DNA of 62,151 bases, counting the filler, from Chiloscyllium plagiosum (lineage: Eukaryota), in assembly GCF_004010195.1 (NCBI RefSeq). It is 3 parts of one record of this genome, joined end to end, with 100 filler letters (N's around TTAATTAATTAA, not from the genome) between each part and the next. Parts side by side here need not be neighbours in the genome. Positions count along the whole stretch, not along the records: positions 16,670 to 48,428 come from NC_057710.1; positions 48,529 to 62,151 come from NC_057710.1; 1 more part is not named here. The stretch is one strand, 5' to 3'. Below, piece after piece: positions 48,025 through 61,732 of the stretch. The notes below the pieces were generated by a model. It had not been told where the DNA came from, did not search any database, and saw only the letters and a list, made by a program, of their open reading frames with translations. Every line of letters starts with the position of its first letter. The first letter of the stretch is position 1. The translations under genes and the position numbers were made by a program.

Positions 48025-48428
48025 GGCAGGAACAATGTGAGGGACAGAACGGAAAAGTGTGAGAGGGGTAGAAAGGAACAGTGTGAGAAGCACAGAGAGG
48101 AACAGTGTGAGGGGGGCAGACAGAAACAGTGTGAGAGGCACAGACAGGAACAGTGTGAGAGGGGTAGACAGGAACAATGTGAGAGGGACAGGCAGGAACA
48201 GTGTGAGAGGGACAGACAGGAACAGTGTGAGGGGGCAGACAGAAACAGTGTGAGAGGCACAGACAGGAACAGTGTGAGAGGGGTAGACAGGAACAATGTG
48301 AGAGGGACAGGCAGGAACAGTGTGAGAGGGACAGACAGGAACAGTGTGAGGGGGCAGACAGAAACAGTGTGAGAGGCACAGACAGGAACAGTGTGAGAGG
48401 GGTAGACAGGAACAATGTGAGAGGGACA
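48025..48428 (+). repeat. Minisatellite with a unit of about 24 bp (GACAGGAACAGTGTGAGAGGNACA) and a 119-bp higher-order repeat
   Basis: Visible tandem units. A five-unit block recurs exactly up to the gap. Confidence 0.9.
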
Positions 48429-48528
48429 NNNNNNNNNNNNNNNNNNNNNNNNNNNNNNNNNNNNNNNNNNNNTTAATTAATTAANNNNNNNNNNNNNNNN
48501 NNNNNNNNNNNNNNNNNNNNNNNNNNNN
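48429..48528. other. Artificial scaffold gap with a TTAATTAATTAA linker
   Basis: 44 N + 12-nt linker + 44 N. Confidence 0.95.
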
Positions 48529-48734
48529 TCCAAGTCCCCCTGTAACCTGTAACATTCTTCCAAACTGTCCACTTCTCCACCGCCTTTAGTGTCATCTGCA
48601 AATTTACTAATCCATCCACCTATGTCTGCATCTAAGTCATTTATAAAAATGACAAACAGCAGTGGTCCCAAAACAGAACCTTGTGGCACGCCTCTAGTAA
48701 CCAGTAACCAGTAGTCATCAATTTCCATGATCAT

Positions 48735-49310
48735 CCTCAAAGAAAGATGTGCTTCGATTCTTAGGACTCAATGGATTCTATCTGAAGTTTGTTCAAACTT
48801 CAGCAGTGTAGTGACATCGATAACAGATTTGCTGAAGAAAAGGTTTCAGTGGACAGAACAATGTCAGAAGCATTCAACCATTTGATATCAATATTAACCA
48901 CCAAACTAGTTTTAGCTACACCAAACGTTTCAAAACCTTTTAAAGTCACCATCGATGCTCATTACAGTAGAGTTAGGGGCTGTACTACCACAGGAAGATG
49001 AGGATGGGATTGAACTGCCGGTTGGTTACTTTTCAAAGAAACTCAACATCCACCAGAGGAATTATTCCATGATCAAAAAGGAACTATTGACTTTGATACT
49101 GTCCTTACAACATTTTAATGTGTCTGTCGTGAACAATGTGTCGGAGACAGTTGTGTACATGGATCACAATCCACTTACATTCATAGAGTGTTTTAAAGAC
49201 AAAAATATGAGACTATTTTATTGGACTCTTATGTTATAGACTTTTGATTTAAAAATCATACATGTTGCAGGTCGGAAGAATGTAATCACAGATGTGTTAT
49301 CGTGGATTTA
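48735..49310 (+). mobile_element. Gypsy RT-connection/RNase H fragment directly followed by 3'UTR, PPT and LTR
   Basis: PFKVTIDA, PVGYFSKKL, YSMIKKELL and VYMDHNPL motifs. Confidence 0.88.
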
Positions 49311-49504
49311 ACTGCTAAGAGATTAGATGAGATTTGTCTTTATTTAATATACATAGATACACATATATATGCACACACATACAAGTATACGGGAAGAGGT
49401 TAAGGTGAACTTATATTGCAGTTATCTGTGTGTTAGGGTAATGTGTTTAAAAACTAGTGAAAGAAAAGAAGCCATCTTTTCATTATGATGGTTCATTTTT
49501 TCTT

Positions 49505-50221
49505 AGGGGGGGAGGTGTTATGAAGATGTGGGTGAACTATATCTTTTAAGAGAGTTAAAAGCTAGCAGTGACAGGACCAAGTGTTCTCAATGACACAATG
49601 TAACATGTGCTCCAGCTACTGGAGTAGCTGGTTGCCTGGAAATGACAAAAAACAGATTCAAATTCGGCCAATCGGCCTAAAGTATATCCTGAAAAATACC
49701 AAATTCCAATCAAGTTTGAGTTGCGTATATTGACAATCTTAAAAACCAATGACGCAATCTGATCCTCTGGAGTATAAGACTGGGGAAACATTGAACAGTT
49801 GGGAGAAGAACTGCCAAGCTCCAGCAGGTAAAAGACTGCATAAAAAATAGCTCTCTTAAAGGGTACCATTTTCGAACAGTAACCTGTGGAACAGAAATCC
49901 CTAAGAAGAAGAAAAGACACAGGAAGATCCAAAAAAAAAAGAACCAAAAGCTGTCTGGTTTTGAGATAAGAAGTTTTGTTTTGTAAATCTTAACCGGGAG
50001 TTTTATTGGTCTAGCATGATAGAAGGTAAAAGTTAGGTTAGAGTAAGGACTTGTGAATAGTTGTTAGTTAATTATTCTCTGTTATACTTTAAGATATAAA
50101 GTTGTTAATTTTTACTTTAAATAGTTCTTGGCCACTTGATTTTTTTATAGATTACTGTACGAGATAAATCTTTTCTGTGTTGCACATTTTAGATTAAGCA
50201 GGAGCGTTTACTCCTGTCACA
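49505..50221 (+). mobile_element. Polypurine tract plus 3' LTR
   Basis: AGGGGGGGAGG (49505-49515) is immediately followed by TGTTATGAAG..., ending in TGTCACA. Confidence 0.85.
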
Positions 50222-50223
50222 AA

Positions 50224-50858
50224 GCTGGTTTCTTTTTTCTAAAAGCTGTTCCTTATCTCAAGGATAATACAACCTTGGTTTTTTTCAGAGGGATAATAAA
50301 CCACTCTCGGTGCTGATTAGACTGATTTGGTACAGAGATTAAAGGGTATTGAGAGACCTTTTTGTTTATATGTAAACGGATGAGACTTCAGGCCAAAGTG
50401 GTCATGTTTTAGAAGTGACCTGTATAATGAAAGGGGTGTGATCAGCTCTCTTGCTGAGCAGTTTAGTTTAGTGCAGAACTAGTTGGGAGTTCAACAGTGA
50501 GATATGTGGAAACAAACTCTCTCTCTGTCTGCCCTTCTAAATTCAACCTGTAAGCATCTGTTCCATTTTTAAACTGTGTTTCAAGAGGGTTTGCTTATTG
50601 GGACTATTGTGTATATTCAGAACAACACAATTAAGTCTAGTTTGGATAGACAGAGTTCTGTAGGGATTCTTTATTCTGTTCTTTGATTTCATTGTGTAAT
50701 TTTGTGAATAAAGTTTTGTCTGTTTCAAAACCTGGTAGTCAACCTAGCTATCTCACCCTGAGTAATTTTTACTGTGCACTTACCATAACAAATTGCAAAG
50801 TTATGGTCTGGGCAGCCTGCTTAAGAATGTTTGGAGTGGTCTGGCCAAGTCCATAACA
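50224..50858 (+). mobile_element. 3' part of a different LTR
   Basis: AATAAA at about 50707 and a CATAACA terminus. Confidence 0.55.
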
Positions 50859-51999
50859 CCCCATGTCATAACAATACCATTTGCCTTCTTTACCACCTGC
50901 TACAACTGCATGCTTACCTTGAGCGACTGGTGCACAAGGACACCCAGGTGCCACTGCACACTCCCCTCTCCCAATTTACAGCCATTCAGGTACTAATCTG
51001 CCACCTCGTTTTTGCTTCCAAAGTGAATAACCTCCCATTTATCCAAATTATACTGCATCTGCCTCTTGAAATATTACTCCCCATAAAAAGGCAGTTTCTT
51101 TGTCAACAAAAATATTAATGGCATTCCCCAGGTAAAGGAAGTTATTTCTTTAAATTTAGACTCTTCTGTGCCTTATTGACTCACTTCCAAAAAAACAGAT
51201 TGTCATTGTCTACAAGCTTGTGTTAAATTAGATTTACCAACATTAAAAACAATCCTCTCTTTCTGAGCCCATCTGTTCAAGTACTCCAGGTCTCATTGAG
51301 CTCTGTTTATCACTCATTTTATTTTGCTGCTTATCTTGTTATGGTAAGCAAATGTAATAATACAACAATAAACGTTCTCCAGCTCCAAGTTAATTAAAAA
51401 TAACACGGACCACAGGGCATCCAAAAGAACACCTGTTTACTTCCACTAATCACTGCCCTCCAAATCCAGACATTTCATTTGTTTTTACAAAGGCAGTTTT
51501 CAGTCTACATAATATGTCTTTTGCCAATTTCAGTTTTACTTAACAGTCTCACATATGCAACTTTATCGAATGTGTCCTGAAAATCTGAGCGACACAAATT
51601 TGATCGAGTACGTTCACAAGTTCATTTAGTTTCAAAAGATTATACCAGATTAGTAGAATTTATCCAATGTGACTAAATCCAGCTGACACAGATAAGCAAT
51701 GTTAATAACTCACATAATACATTTTGTGCTTTCTCACATAATGCATTTTGTGCTTTCTCACTAGGTACAATGCTGTTTGGTTCAGTAATTTGTCGTTGAA
51801 TAGCAGAATGACACATGCTATCTTTTTCCTTCTCAGAAGTGAGACCAGGCAATGGCTCAATCCCAAAACATTAGCTTTCAGGTGCATCAAACAATTGGGA
51901 TGGCAAATGGAATGTTGGCATTTATTGGAATGGAATATAAACGTAAGGATGTTTTACTGCAGCTGTATAGAAATTTTTTTAAATTCACAGAGCATGTAC

Positions 52000-54530
52000 A
52001 TCACCGACTAGGTCAGCATGTATTGACAATCGTAATTTGCTCTTGAGAAGGTGGTGGTTAACTACTTTCTTGAACTATTGCAGTCCATGTGATGCATGTA
52101 GACCCATAGTCCTGTCAAGGGTGAAGTCTCAGGACTTTAATCCACTGACATTGAAAAAATTAGAATGGTATGCGACTTGGAAGGGAACTTGCAAGTAATC
52201 GTAGCCCAATATATCTGCTCTCCTTATCCCTCTAGGGTGGCACAGTGGCTCAGTGGTTAGCATTGCAGCCTCACAGTGCCAGGGACCCAGGTTTGATTCC
52301 AGCCTGGGCTACTGTCTGTGTGGAGTTTGTATATTCTCTCCGTGTCTGTGTAAGTTTCCTCCCAGTACTCTGGTTTCCTCCCACAATCCAAAGATGTGCA
52401 GGTTAGGTAGTTTGGCCATGCTAAGTTGCCCACAGTGTTAGGTGCACGAGTTAGAGGGAGATGGGTCTGAGTGGGTTGCTCTTTGGAGGGTTGGTGTGAA
52501 CTTGTTAGGCTGAAGGGCCTGTTTACACAGAGTAGGGAATCTAATCTAATTTCCTTTCTAGATGCGAGAGGTCATGGGTTTGGAAAGTGCTGTGTAAGGA
52601 GTTTTGATGAATTGCTGCAGTGAATCGTGTATATGATATAAACTGCTGCCTCTGTGCGTCAGTGGTAAATAATGTGAATATGGTACCAGTAAAGCAGATT
52701 GCTTTGTCCTGAATGGTGTAGAATCTGTTGTGTGTTTTTAGAACCGTGCTCGTCTAGGCACACAAAGAATATTCCTTCATATTCCTCCTTTGTGTCTTGT
52801 AGATAGTGACCAATACTTGAGAAGTTGGGAGGTGAGTTGTTTGTCACATAATTCCCAGCCTCTGACCTGTTCATTTGGCCACAGTTGTCCACTTCAGTTT
52901 TGTATCGAGGATAATCACCAGGTTGCTGATAATGGAGATTCAGTGATAGTGATGTCATTGAATGTCAAGGGACAATGGTTAGATTCTCACTTGTTGGTCT
53001 GACACTTTTAGACATGGCCATTATCTGAGGATTTATATGGGAATGAACATTGCACTATCTTAACTTAACTTCCTCACTGCTGACCATTGAAACTATTGGT
53101 GAAGCAATTGAAGATGGGTAGGCATAGAATGCTATTCCTGATGAAGGGCTTTTGCCTGAAATGTTGATTTTCCTGCGCCTCGAATGCTGCCTGACTTGCT
53201 GTGCTTTTCCAGCACCACTCTAATCTTGACTCTGGTTTCCAGCATCTGCAGTCCTTGTTTTTACATAGAATGCTATGCAGTGATGCTCCTGCAGTGATGT
53301 CACCTGATGAAAATGATTGATTTCCATAACCACCTTCCTTGGTGGTCAGTATGCTTCTGACCAGTGGAGGGCTTACCCTCAGATTTCTATTGACACCAGT
53401 TTTGCATGGGATCCTTGAAGCCACAGTCCGCCGAATGCTGCCTTGATGTCAAGGACAGTCAACCTCAATATTCCTCATGAGTTCAGCTCTGTTGTTAAGG
53501 CTGTAATGAGGTTAGGAGATCAGTGGGTCTGGTGGAACTAAATGCAATTTCAATGAGAGGTTATTGTTGAATAAAAGCAATTTGATAGGACAATCAAAGG
53601 CACCTTTCATTACTTTATTGCGATTTTTTTTCACTGCCAGGCTGTGGGGATTGCTGGCTAGGCTAGCATTTGTTGTTCAGTCCTAATTGCCTAGGGGGCC
53701 GTTAAGGGTCAATGACATTGCTGTGGGACTGGAATCACATGTAAGTCTGACAGACATACCTTCTGTAAAGACATTACTGAACCAAATCACAACAATCAAG
53801 TGGTTTCATGGTTTTAATTCGGTTGGTTTTTTTGTTCCAGGATTTTATCAAATTCAAAGGTCACCACCTGCCGTGATGGGATTTGAATCCATATTGCCAA
53901 AACATTGACCTGGGCATATGGATTACCAGTTCAGTGACACTATCACTACACCATTGGCTCCCTGAAAGTGAGAATAGATTGATGAGCAGAAATACACTAG
54001 GTATGATTTGTTCTGCTTTTTATAGATAAAATGGGCCTGAGCAATTTTCCACATTGTCAGGTAAATACCAGTATTGTTCTGGAACCATTTGGCTGGAGTT
54101 ACAGCTCATTCTGGAGCTAGCCTCTGGTACAATAGCTGGAATAGTCTGAGGCCTCATGGCCTTTGCTTCATCCAGTGCCTTCAGATGAGCCTTGCTATCA
54201 CAGGGGTTTATCAAATTGCCTGAAGATTGGCATATGTGATGCTAAGGGGGCGGTGATGGTTCAGCAATGCATTATTTCTGGCTGAAGATGATTCTAAACG
54301 CTTCAGCCTTACCTTTTGCACTGATGTGTGGTCTCCCCTATTGTTGAAGACCAAGATATTTGTGAAGCCTTCTCCTTCAGTGTGAGTTATTTGATTGTCC
54401 ACTACCACTCTTGGCCAGATATGGCAGGACTTCAGGTCTTAGTTGCTGGATCACTTAGTTTTGTCTGTTGCATCCTGTTGCTACTGCTTAGAATGCAATA
54501 ACATCTTGGTGAGATCACACCTGGAGTACA
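52000..54530 (-). mobile_element. Old LINE fragments interrupted by a V-SINE (+, about 52235-52550) and a PLE tail (+, about 53134-53262)
   Basis: LDIKAAF and LKALDEAKAM remnants, SINE boxes, and CTGATGAAGGGCTTTTGCCTGAAATG. Confidence 0.65.
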
Positions 54531-54613
54531 TTATACTGTTATTGTCCCTTATGTGAATGAATGGCAGTAACTGCATTAGAAACAGTTCAGAAAAGATTCA
54601 CTTGACACTTTGT

Positions 54614-54830
54614 GGGCGGCACGGTGGCACAGTGGTTAGCACTGCTGCCTCACAGCGCCAGAGACCAGGGTTCAATTCCCGCCTCAGGCNNNNNNNNNNN
54701 NNNNNNNNNNNNNNNNNNNNNNNNNNNNNNNNNNNNNNNNNNNNNNAAATGTAGGGGTATGGGTGGGTTGCGCTTCGGCGGGTCGGTGTGGACTTGTTGG
54801 GCCGAAGGGCCTGTTTCCACACTGTAATGT
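54614..54830 (+). mobile_element. V-SINE spanning an N gap (54690-54746)
   Basis: GGGCGGCACGGTGGCACAGTGGTTAGCACTGCTGCC head and a CR1-like tail. Confidence 0.9.
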
Positions 54831-54889
54831 AATCTGTAAAAAAAAAACTATGTTGGGTGCAAGTCTAAGCAGGAGCTTTAATAGTACAA

Positions 54890-56540
54890 TGCAGACTTTT
54901 TTAATGCTCACATGTGCTATCTCTTCAGAGAATCTTGTCCTCACCTGCTCAACAATGCCCAGTTAAGATTCTGCCAGGGCCACTCAACTCATGACCTCAT
55001 TACCTTCATTCAAATGTAGACAAAAGAGCTGAATTGTCGAGGTGAGAAAGGCAGGCCGTGACATCAAGGCTGTATTCGACTGGGTATAGCATCAAGGAGC
55101 CCTGGCAATGGAATCATTGGGTATTGGGAGCAATTTCTCAGCCAATTGGTGTCATGCCTAACACACAGGAAATGGTCATAGTGTCATATAGATGTACAGC
55201 ATGGAAACACATCCGTCAGTCCAACTCGTCCATGCTGAATAGATATTTTAAACTAATCTAGTCCCATTTGCCAGCACTTGGCCCATATCCCTCTAAACCC
55301 TTCCTATTCAAATACCCTTCCAGATGCTTTTTAATGTTCTAATTGTACCAGCGTCCACCACTTCTTCTGACAGCTCCTTCTATACACGTACCACCTTCTG
55401 TGTAAAAATGTTGCCCCTTAAGTCCCTTTTATATCATTCCCCTCTCATCCCTCTAGGGAAAACACTTTGTCTATTTATACTCTCCATGCCCCTCATGATT
55501 TTATAAACCTCTATCAGGTCAACCCTCAGCCCCCATCGTGGTTCTTGGAGGTCAGTTATCTCACCTCCAGGACATCTCTGTAGGAGTTTCTCAGGGTAAT
55601 GTTCTTGGCCCAACCATCATCAGTTGCTTCATCAATGACTTTCCCTCTATCATAAGGTCAAAAGTGGGGATGTTTGCCAATGACTGTACAGTGTTCAGCA
55701 TCATTTGCAACTCTTCGGATGCTGAAGCAGTCCATATTCAAATGCAACAAAATCTGGCCAATATTCAGACTTGGTCTGACAAGTGACAAGTAACATTCAC
55801 GCCACAGAAATGCCAGGTTATGACCATCACCAACAAAAGACAATCTAACCACCGCCCCTTGATATTCAATGGTGTTGCTATTACTGAATCCCCCACTATC
55901 AACATCCTTGGGATTACAATTAACTGGAAACTCACCTGAACTTGCCACAAACATACCTCCTGACTCCCCAAAACCTGCCCATCATCCACAAGGCACAAGT
56001 CAGGAGTCTGATGGAATACTCCCACTTGCCTGGGTAGGTGCAGCTCCAACAATACTCAAGAAACCTGAAACCATCAAGCACAAAGTGCACTTTGGATACA
56101 AAGTGCAGCACTTAATGTGTTGACCAGCAACGAATATCTGCTTGATTGGTACCACATCCACAAATATCCAATCCCTCCACCATTGGCGCTCAGTAGCAGC
56201 AATGTACTATCTACAAGATATACTGCAGAAACTCACCAAAGGTCCTTAGACGGCACCTTCCAAACCCATGACCACTTCCATCTAGAAGGACAAGGGCAGC
56301 AGATACATGGGAATATTACAAACTGCAAGTTCCCCTTGAAGCCACTCACTCTCCAGACTTGGGAATATATGGTCGTTTCTTCATTGTCACCAGATCACAA
56401 TCCTGGAATTCCATCCTTGAGGTCATTGACGGTCAACCTATAACAGGTGGACTGAAGTAACGAGGCAGCTCACCACCATCATCTCAAAGGCAACCAACCC
56501 TTAATAGTAAACAAATAAATGGTGGGCAGTCAGCAACGCC
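54890..56540 (+). mobile_element. Old LINE RT and 3' end, interrupted by a - strand CR1 tail (about 55176-55535)
   Basis: GVSQGNVLGP and MFANDCT motifs. Confidence 0.75.
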
Positions 56541-58069
56541 GATACTCTCTGACTAAAAACATGTTGGAGGTGGCAGTCCAAATCCAGCATGCACCTAACT
56601 CTCAGAGACCAAAGTACCAATTGATAGGAACAGGATGAAAGTAACTGGCCCAGCCCATTCTTTCCAAACTAAGTGTGAAACTTTAAATGTCTTTGCTGTC
56701 ATCACATCTTTTTGAACTGTCCTCATTTTCATAGCTATCATTCAATGTCAACTTTAGACCTGTTACATCTTTTGATTACAGCAGCTTGTTTATTCTGAGC
56801 TGTCAAAGCTGGATATGAGCTACACTGATCCAGGCATATTGTTACCGTAACTAAATATGATTGATAATTGTTCCTGTCCTTTGTGAATATTAACAACAAT
56901 GCTATCAGTTCTGTCCTGAGTTGCTAAGCATCTGAATTATTTTGATCAATTCTTCAAAGGTACGAGATCTGTATGGATACAAAGTGCAGAACTTCTACAT
57001 GAGATACTTTAATGTGTTGACTTACAATGAATATGTGCTTGTCCTTAGATAATATGTCACATAATATAATTCAAATGAGAGCAAACAGACTGCAATTGTT
57101 CATTTGTGCTGCTGGGTTACAAATATATTTATAAAGGCCTTGTGATGCAGTTATAACGTCTTTGTCTATGCGGCAAAATGTTCAAGCCCCACTTGCCCCA
57201 GAGTTGTGTTGTATCATTTCCAAGTAGGTTGATTAAATTTTTTTTAAACAAATAATTAATTGTTAAGTAATGACTAATAATAATGAATAATAACACAATC
57301 AGCAGCTAACATTCTCAATACTTACAGTAGAAAAGTAATGCAGATACTGATCAGCAGAAATAAAAAGAAAGATTTGCTGTTTGGAGGCCAGACAGCATCT
57401 GTGGATAAGGAAAAAATGGTAATTTGATGAATCACATGTTCTTTTTAGCTGAGTCTGAGTTGTGTTGAGGTTTTGTTCGGGGGATTGAGATCTAGCGAAT
57501 TTTCTCACTCTAATCAACTCTCCTACTTAATTATTTAGCACTACAGCCCATGGTATCTCTCACATCAGATTTCTACGCTTGTTCAACTTGTCATTCAGCT
57601 TATTTCTTTGAATTCACTGGCATCCATAGAAACGTTCCCTGGCTTTGTGTCTGTGCTAAATGGTACAGCAAGATCAAAGTATTATGTCAGGTATCTCCGG
57701 CTGAATGTGACCGAGCACTGTGTGACATTGAATAACTCGCCGAGATACGCAGCCTGGTCCAAGATGTGAGCTGGGTGCATCCTCCTGATGTGGTGTCACT
57801 GCAGCTGTATTAGAATGACAGGTTGAGTGTAACTGGAAATATGACAAAGAAGTGCAGAAACATCCTGGAAGTGGATCAGAGATGTGCCATGAGCGTTCCT
57901 AAGTGCTGGCACATGTCCGATGGCAATGACCATGTCATAGGGTGCATGTGGCTAGTGCCCATGGAGTTGTCCTGAGATGTTGGTGTTACCCCTGTTTGGA
58001 GCAAGTGCTGAAATTGAATCTGCCAAGTACTCCCTCCGGTTTCTTATCAAGTTTGGTAAGACAGAAGGC

Positions 58070-58570
58070 TGAAGGAACAAATTATTGCAGATGATGGAAT
58101 CCGCACTGAAAACAAAAAAAACTGCTGGAAGTCACAGCAGGTCAGGCAGCATCCACAGAGACATAGCAAGCTAACATTTCAAATCTAGATGACTGTTCAG
58201 CAGAGCTGACATGAAGTGTGAAGGGGCAGCATTTCTGCAATAATGGGAGTATAGAATGCCTTGGGAGAAAGGGTATTGATAGTGCAGATTAACTGATCAG
58301 AATGTGAGAATAGAAGAACAATGATGTATCTAACTACCAGACTGGAAAGAACTGACAGTCCATTTAGATGAGGGGAGTGGAGAGAGGACATGGTGACAGA
58401 GAATGTAACAAGTAGAGCCAAAAGAATGGGAAGGACTGGGGGTGGTTTCATAATCTGAAGATGTTGAACTCAATATTAAGTCCAATGGGTTGCAGTGTTT
58501 AATCTGAAGTTATGTGGTTCTTTCAGTTTGCGCTGTGATTCCTGGAGCATTGCAGCACGCTGAGGACAGA
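58070..58570 (-). mobile_element. Old Penelope-like 3' end
   Basis: Reverse complement of the GGATGCTGCCTGACCTGCTG tail, plus remnants similar to 32250-32350. Confidence 0.6.
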
Positions 58571-60524
58571 CAACTGGGCCGTAGCTTGTATTGCTCAGAC
58601 TGCTATAAGATTCAATCCAATGTTGGAGATTAATAATCCTTCATGACAAGGATAAATAATTCAGGAACATTGCTGACAAGCATTGCCATTCTAACCAACC
58701 AGAGATTTAGATGACTTAACAGAGTTCAAAGATTCATATCTAACTGAAGCCAAATATATTTTATAAATTTTATTTCTTTATTAAGTGGTAAGGATAGATC
58801 TGTTGAGGATTCCATTGTAGAATGTTGCATATTGTCTGCTGCTTTCATTTATGCATTTGCTTATAACCATTTGGCATAAATCATAACAGCTAAGCAAGTA
58901 GGTTCTTGCTCTTCAACCCAATTCCAAAAGCCCAACACTTCAAGGATGAAAGACTCTTAATGTTAATGTGAGCTTCAGAACTGCTCCTGTTCCATTACGG
59001 TAACTTCACTGGAACTGCGGTAGGAATCTTGTATTTCTCACCTTACAAAGATGGAACAAGAGAAGTTCCCACATGAGGTGATTGCCATTCCTCAACTACA
59101 TAAAATTGAAAAAGTACAGTGCTGTAATGAATGGAAGTTAAAACCATTACCATTTCAACTTACACATGACATCAAATCTATGAGGACCCAGATAATAGAG
59201 TGCCATAAGACCACTTGCTTTCTTCTAATCAGACCACCTATGAAATACTGGTCACATAAAGTATCATAATCTTTAATCAATTTACACTTTCCCTCTTAAA
59301 GTTCCTTCAGTCTGCTGCTATTATTAGTGTAAAGTAAAAATCTCAGAACTGTACCATCATCATTGCTAATTACACATAAATAAAAGCCTCAGATCAAAAA
59401 TGTCATTGGTATGCCTAGCCAGTTGTGTCACAGTATACAGTCAGATTTCAGATGTAACAACTACCTCAGGATCTGGTAAATTATGACAAGGTGACAGGTT
59501 GTCAATATGGCACTGTGCAGGCACTTTGAGGTTTATTACTACACAAAGTAATGCATACAAATTCAGTGTCCTGTACAAAATGTCACTTCTTTTTGCAGTC
59601 AATAAAGCTGTGCATCTTCATGTGAATGAACTGAAATTGATCTAAATTATGATCAACTTCACTTCAGTACTTCTTTCCTTAAAATAAATTAATTCAAAGG
59701 TTCAATCAGAAGCGAGATATTTGACATCTAACTGAAACTACCAGCAGAAACTTCCTTAAATATAATATTATAATCGCAGTGTATTAAACATACAAACAAA
59801 GGAACAAATACAAATCCACATCTCTTCACTGGCTGAATTTTGCAGTTTTCCAGTTCATTTATTCCCCTTTGGAATTTGATCTGGACCTTAGTTTTTGCTC
59901 TCCATGTTGCTTGTGCATATGAATTGTGTAATGACTTAAAGTATTAATGCTTAAGTTCATTGCACATGATGGTTAATCAGTTGTTTTTTTATATACATGC
60001 CAGGTACCATTGCAGCTGATGTGACCTAGCACTAACAAGGGACTGCAATAGACAAACAATGAAACTGAGGATTGCTTTGAGATGCTCTCACTCAGCAGAA
60101 CAGGAGATAAATCCTTTGAATTCACACTGCACCTTTTTTGTGATCATATTTGGCTAGATTTAGTTCTTACATTTTAGACAGCAAATCCCCATGGCAGAAT
60201 TATCACCCATTTATGTTTTAAAGCTAACAGTTAAGGACTGACAATAACATCACAGAATCATTAAAAAGCAATTAAAGCCATGGTGTTGAGGAGTAGAGAA
60301 ATAAATGGCTATAATTTACATTTGCAATTATCACCACTGACACCAGCACTTGAGGCGGCCTCAAATGTTTCACAGATTGGCGAGCTGGTAAATTGAGTGA
60401 GGTTTGACAGATTACATCCATGAGTGTGTGGGAACAAGTGACTCGAGGGAACTGGGAGTTCTGAAACAGTTATGTTATTAGGTTATGCTCTCAGTTAGGG
60501 CACTTGAGAGTTACAAGTTAGCCA

Positions 60525-61732
60525 GGTAGGACCTAAAGAGTGAAGAAGAGCCAGGAGGAGACATGAGAAGTTTTTGGCAGGTAGGATCAAGGAAAACCCT
60601 AAAGTTTTCAATAGGTATGTCAGGAGTAAAAGAATGACTAGGGTAAGATTAGGGCCAATCAAGGACAGTAGTAGGAAGTTGTGCCTGGAGTCCAAAGAGA
60701 TAGGAGAAGCACTAAATGAATATTTTTCATCAGTATACAAACAGGAAAATGACAATGTTGTCGAGGAGCATACTGAGATACAGGTTATTACACTAGACAG
60801 GATTGAGGTTCATAAGGAAGAGGTGTTAACAATTCTGGAAAGTGTGTAAATAGATACATCCCCTAGGCTGGATGGGATTTATCTTAGGATTCTCTGGGAA
60901 GCTAGGGAGGAGATTGCAGAGCCTTTGGCTATGTTCTTTACATCATCATTTTCTATAGGAATAGTGCCAGATGACGGGAGGATACCAAATGATGTCCCCT
61001 TGTTCAAAAAGGGGAGTAGAGATAACTCTGGTATTTATAGACCAATGAGCCTTACTTTGGTTATGGGTGAAGTGTTGGAAAGGATTGTAAGAGATAAGGT
61101 TTATAATTATCTAGCGAGGAATAATTTGATTAGGGATAGTCAACACGGTTTTGTGAAGGGTATGTTGTGCCTCATAAGCCTTACTGAGCTCTTTGAAAAG
61201 GTGACCAAACAGATAGATGAGGGTAAATCAGTTGATGTGCTTTATTTAGATTTCAGTAAAGCATTTGATAAGGTTTCCCGATTGCACAAAATACGGAGGC
61301 ATGGCATTGAAGTTGATTTAGTGGTTTGGATCAGAAATTGGCTAGCTGTAAGAAGACAGAGGGTGGTGGTTGATGGAAAATGTTCATCCTGGAGTTCAGT
61401 CATTGTGGTGTACCGCAAGGATCTATTTTGGGGTCACTGCTGTTTGGCATTTTTATAAATGACTTCAATGAGGGCATAGAAGGATGGGTTAGTAAATTTA
61501 CGTATGACACTAAAGTTGTTGGGGCTGTAGACAGTGTGGAAGGATGTTGCAGGTTATAGAAGGACATAGACAAGCTGCAGAGCTAGGCTGAGAGGTGGCA
61601 AATGGTGTTTAATGAGGAAAAGAATGAGGTGTTTCACGTTGGAAGAAGTAACAGGAATACAGAGTACTGGGCTAATGTTAAGATTCTTGGTAGTGTGGAT
61701 GAGTCGTGAGATCTTGATGTCCATGTGAATAG
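60525..61732 (+). mobile_element. CR1 ORF2 RT fragment
   Basis: YRPMSLT, SQHGF and YLDFSKAFDKV motifs. Confidence 0.9.

Noticed and set aside
47910..48415. Cys/His-rich and Glu/Arg-rich repetitive ORFs
   Set aside because: These are translations of a minisatellite that is open in several frames. There are no unique spacers, so it is not a CRISPR array either.
16930..50221. The two Gmr1 pieces as halves of one element separated by a flipped contig
   Set aside because: The domain order would fit, but the two LTRs differ visibly, with many substitutions and indels, and their flanks share no TSD.
54614..54689. tRNA gene
   Set aside because: The A and B boxes are the head of a V-SINE, with several copies in the window that continue into the V core and LINE tail.
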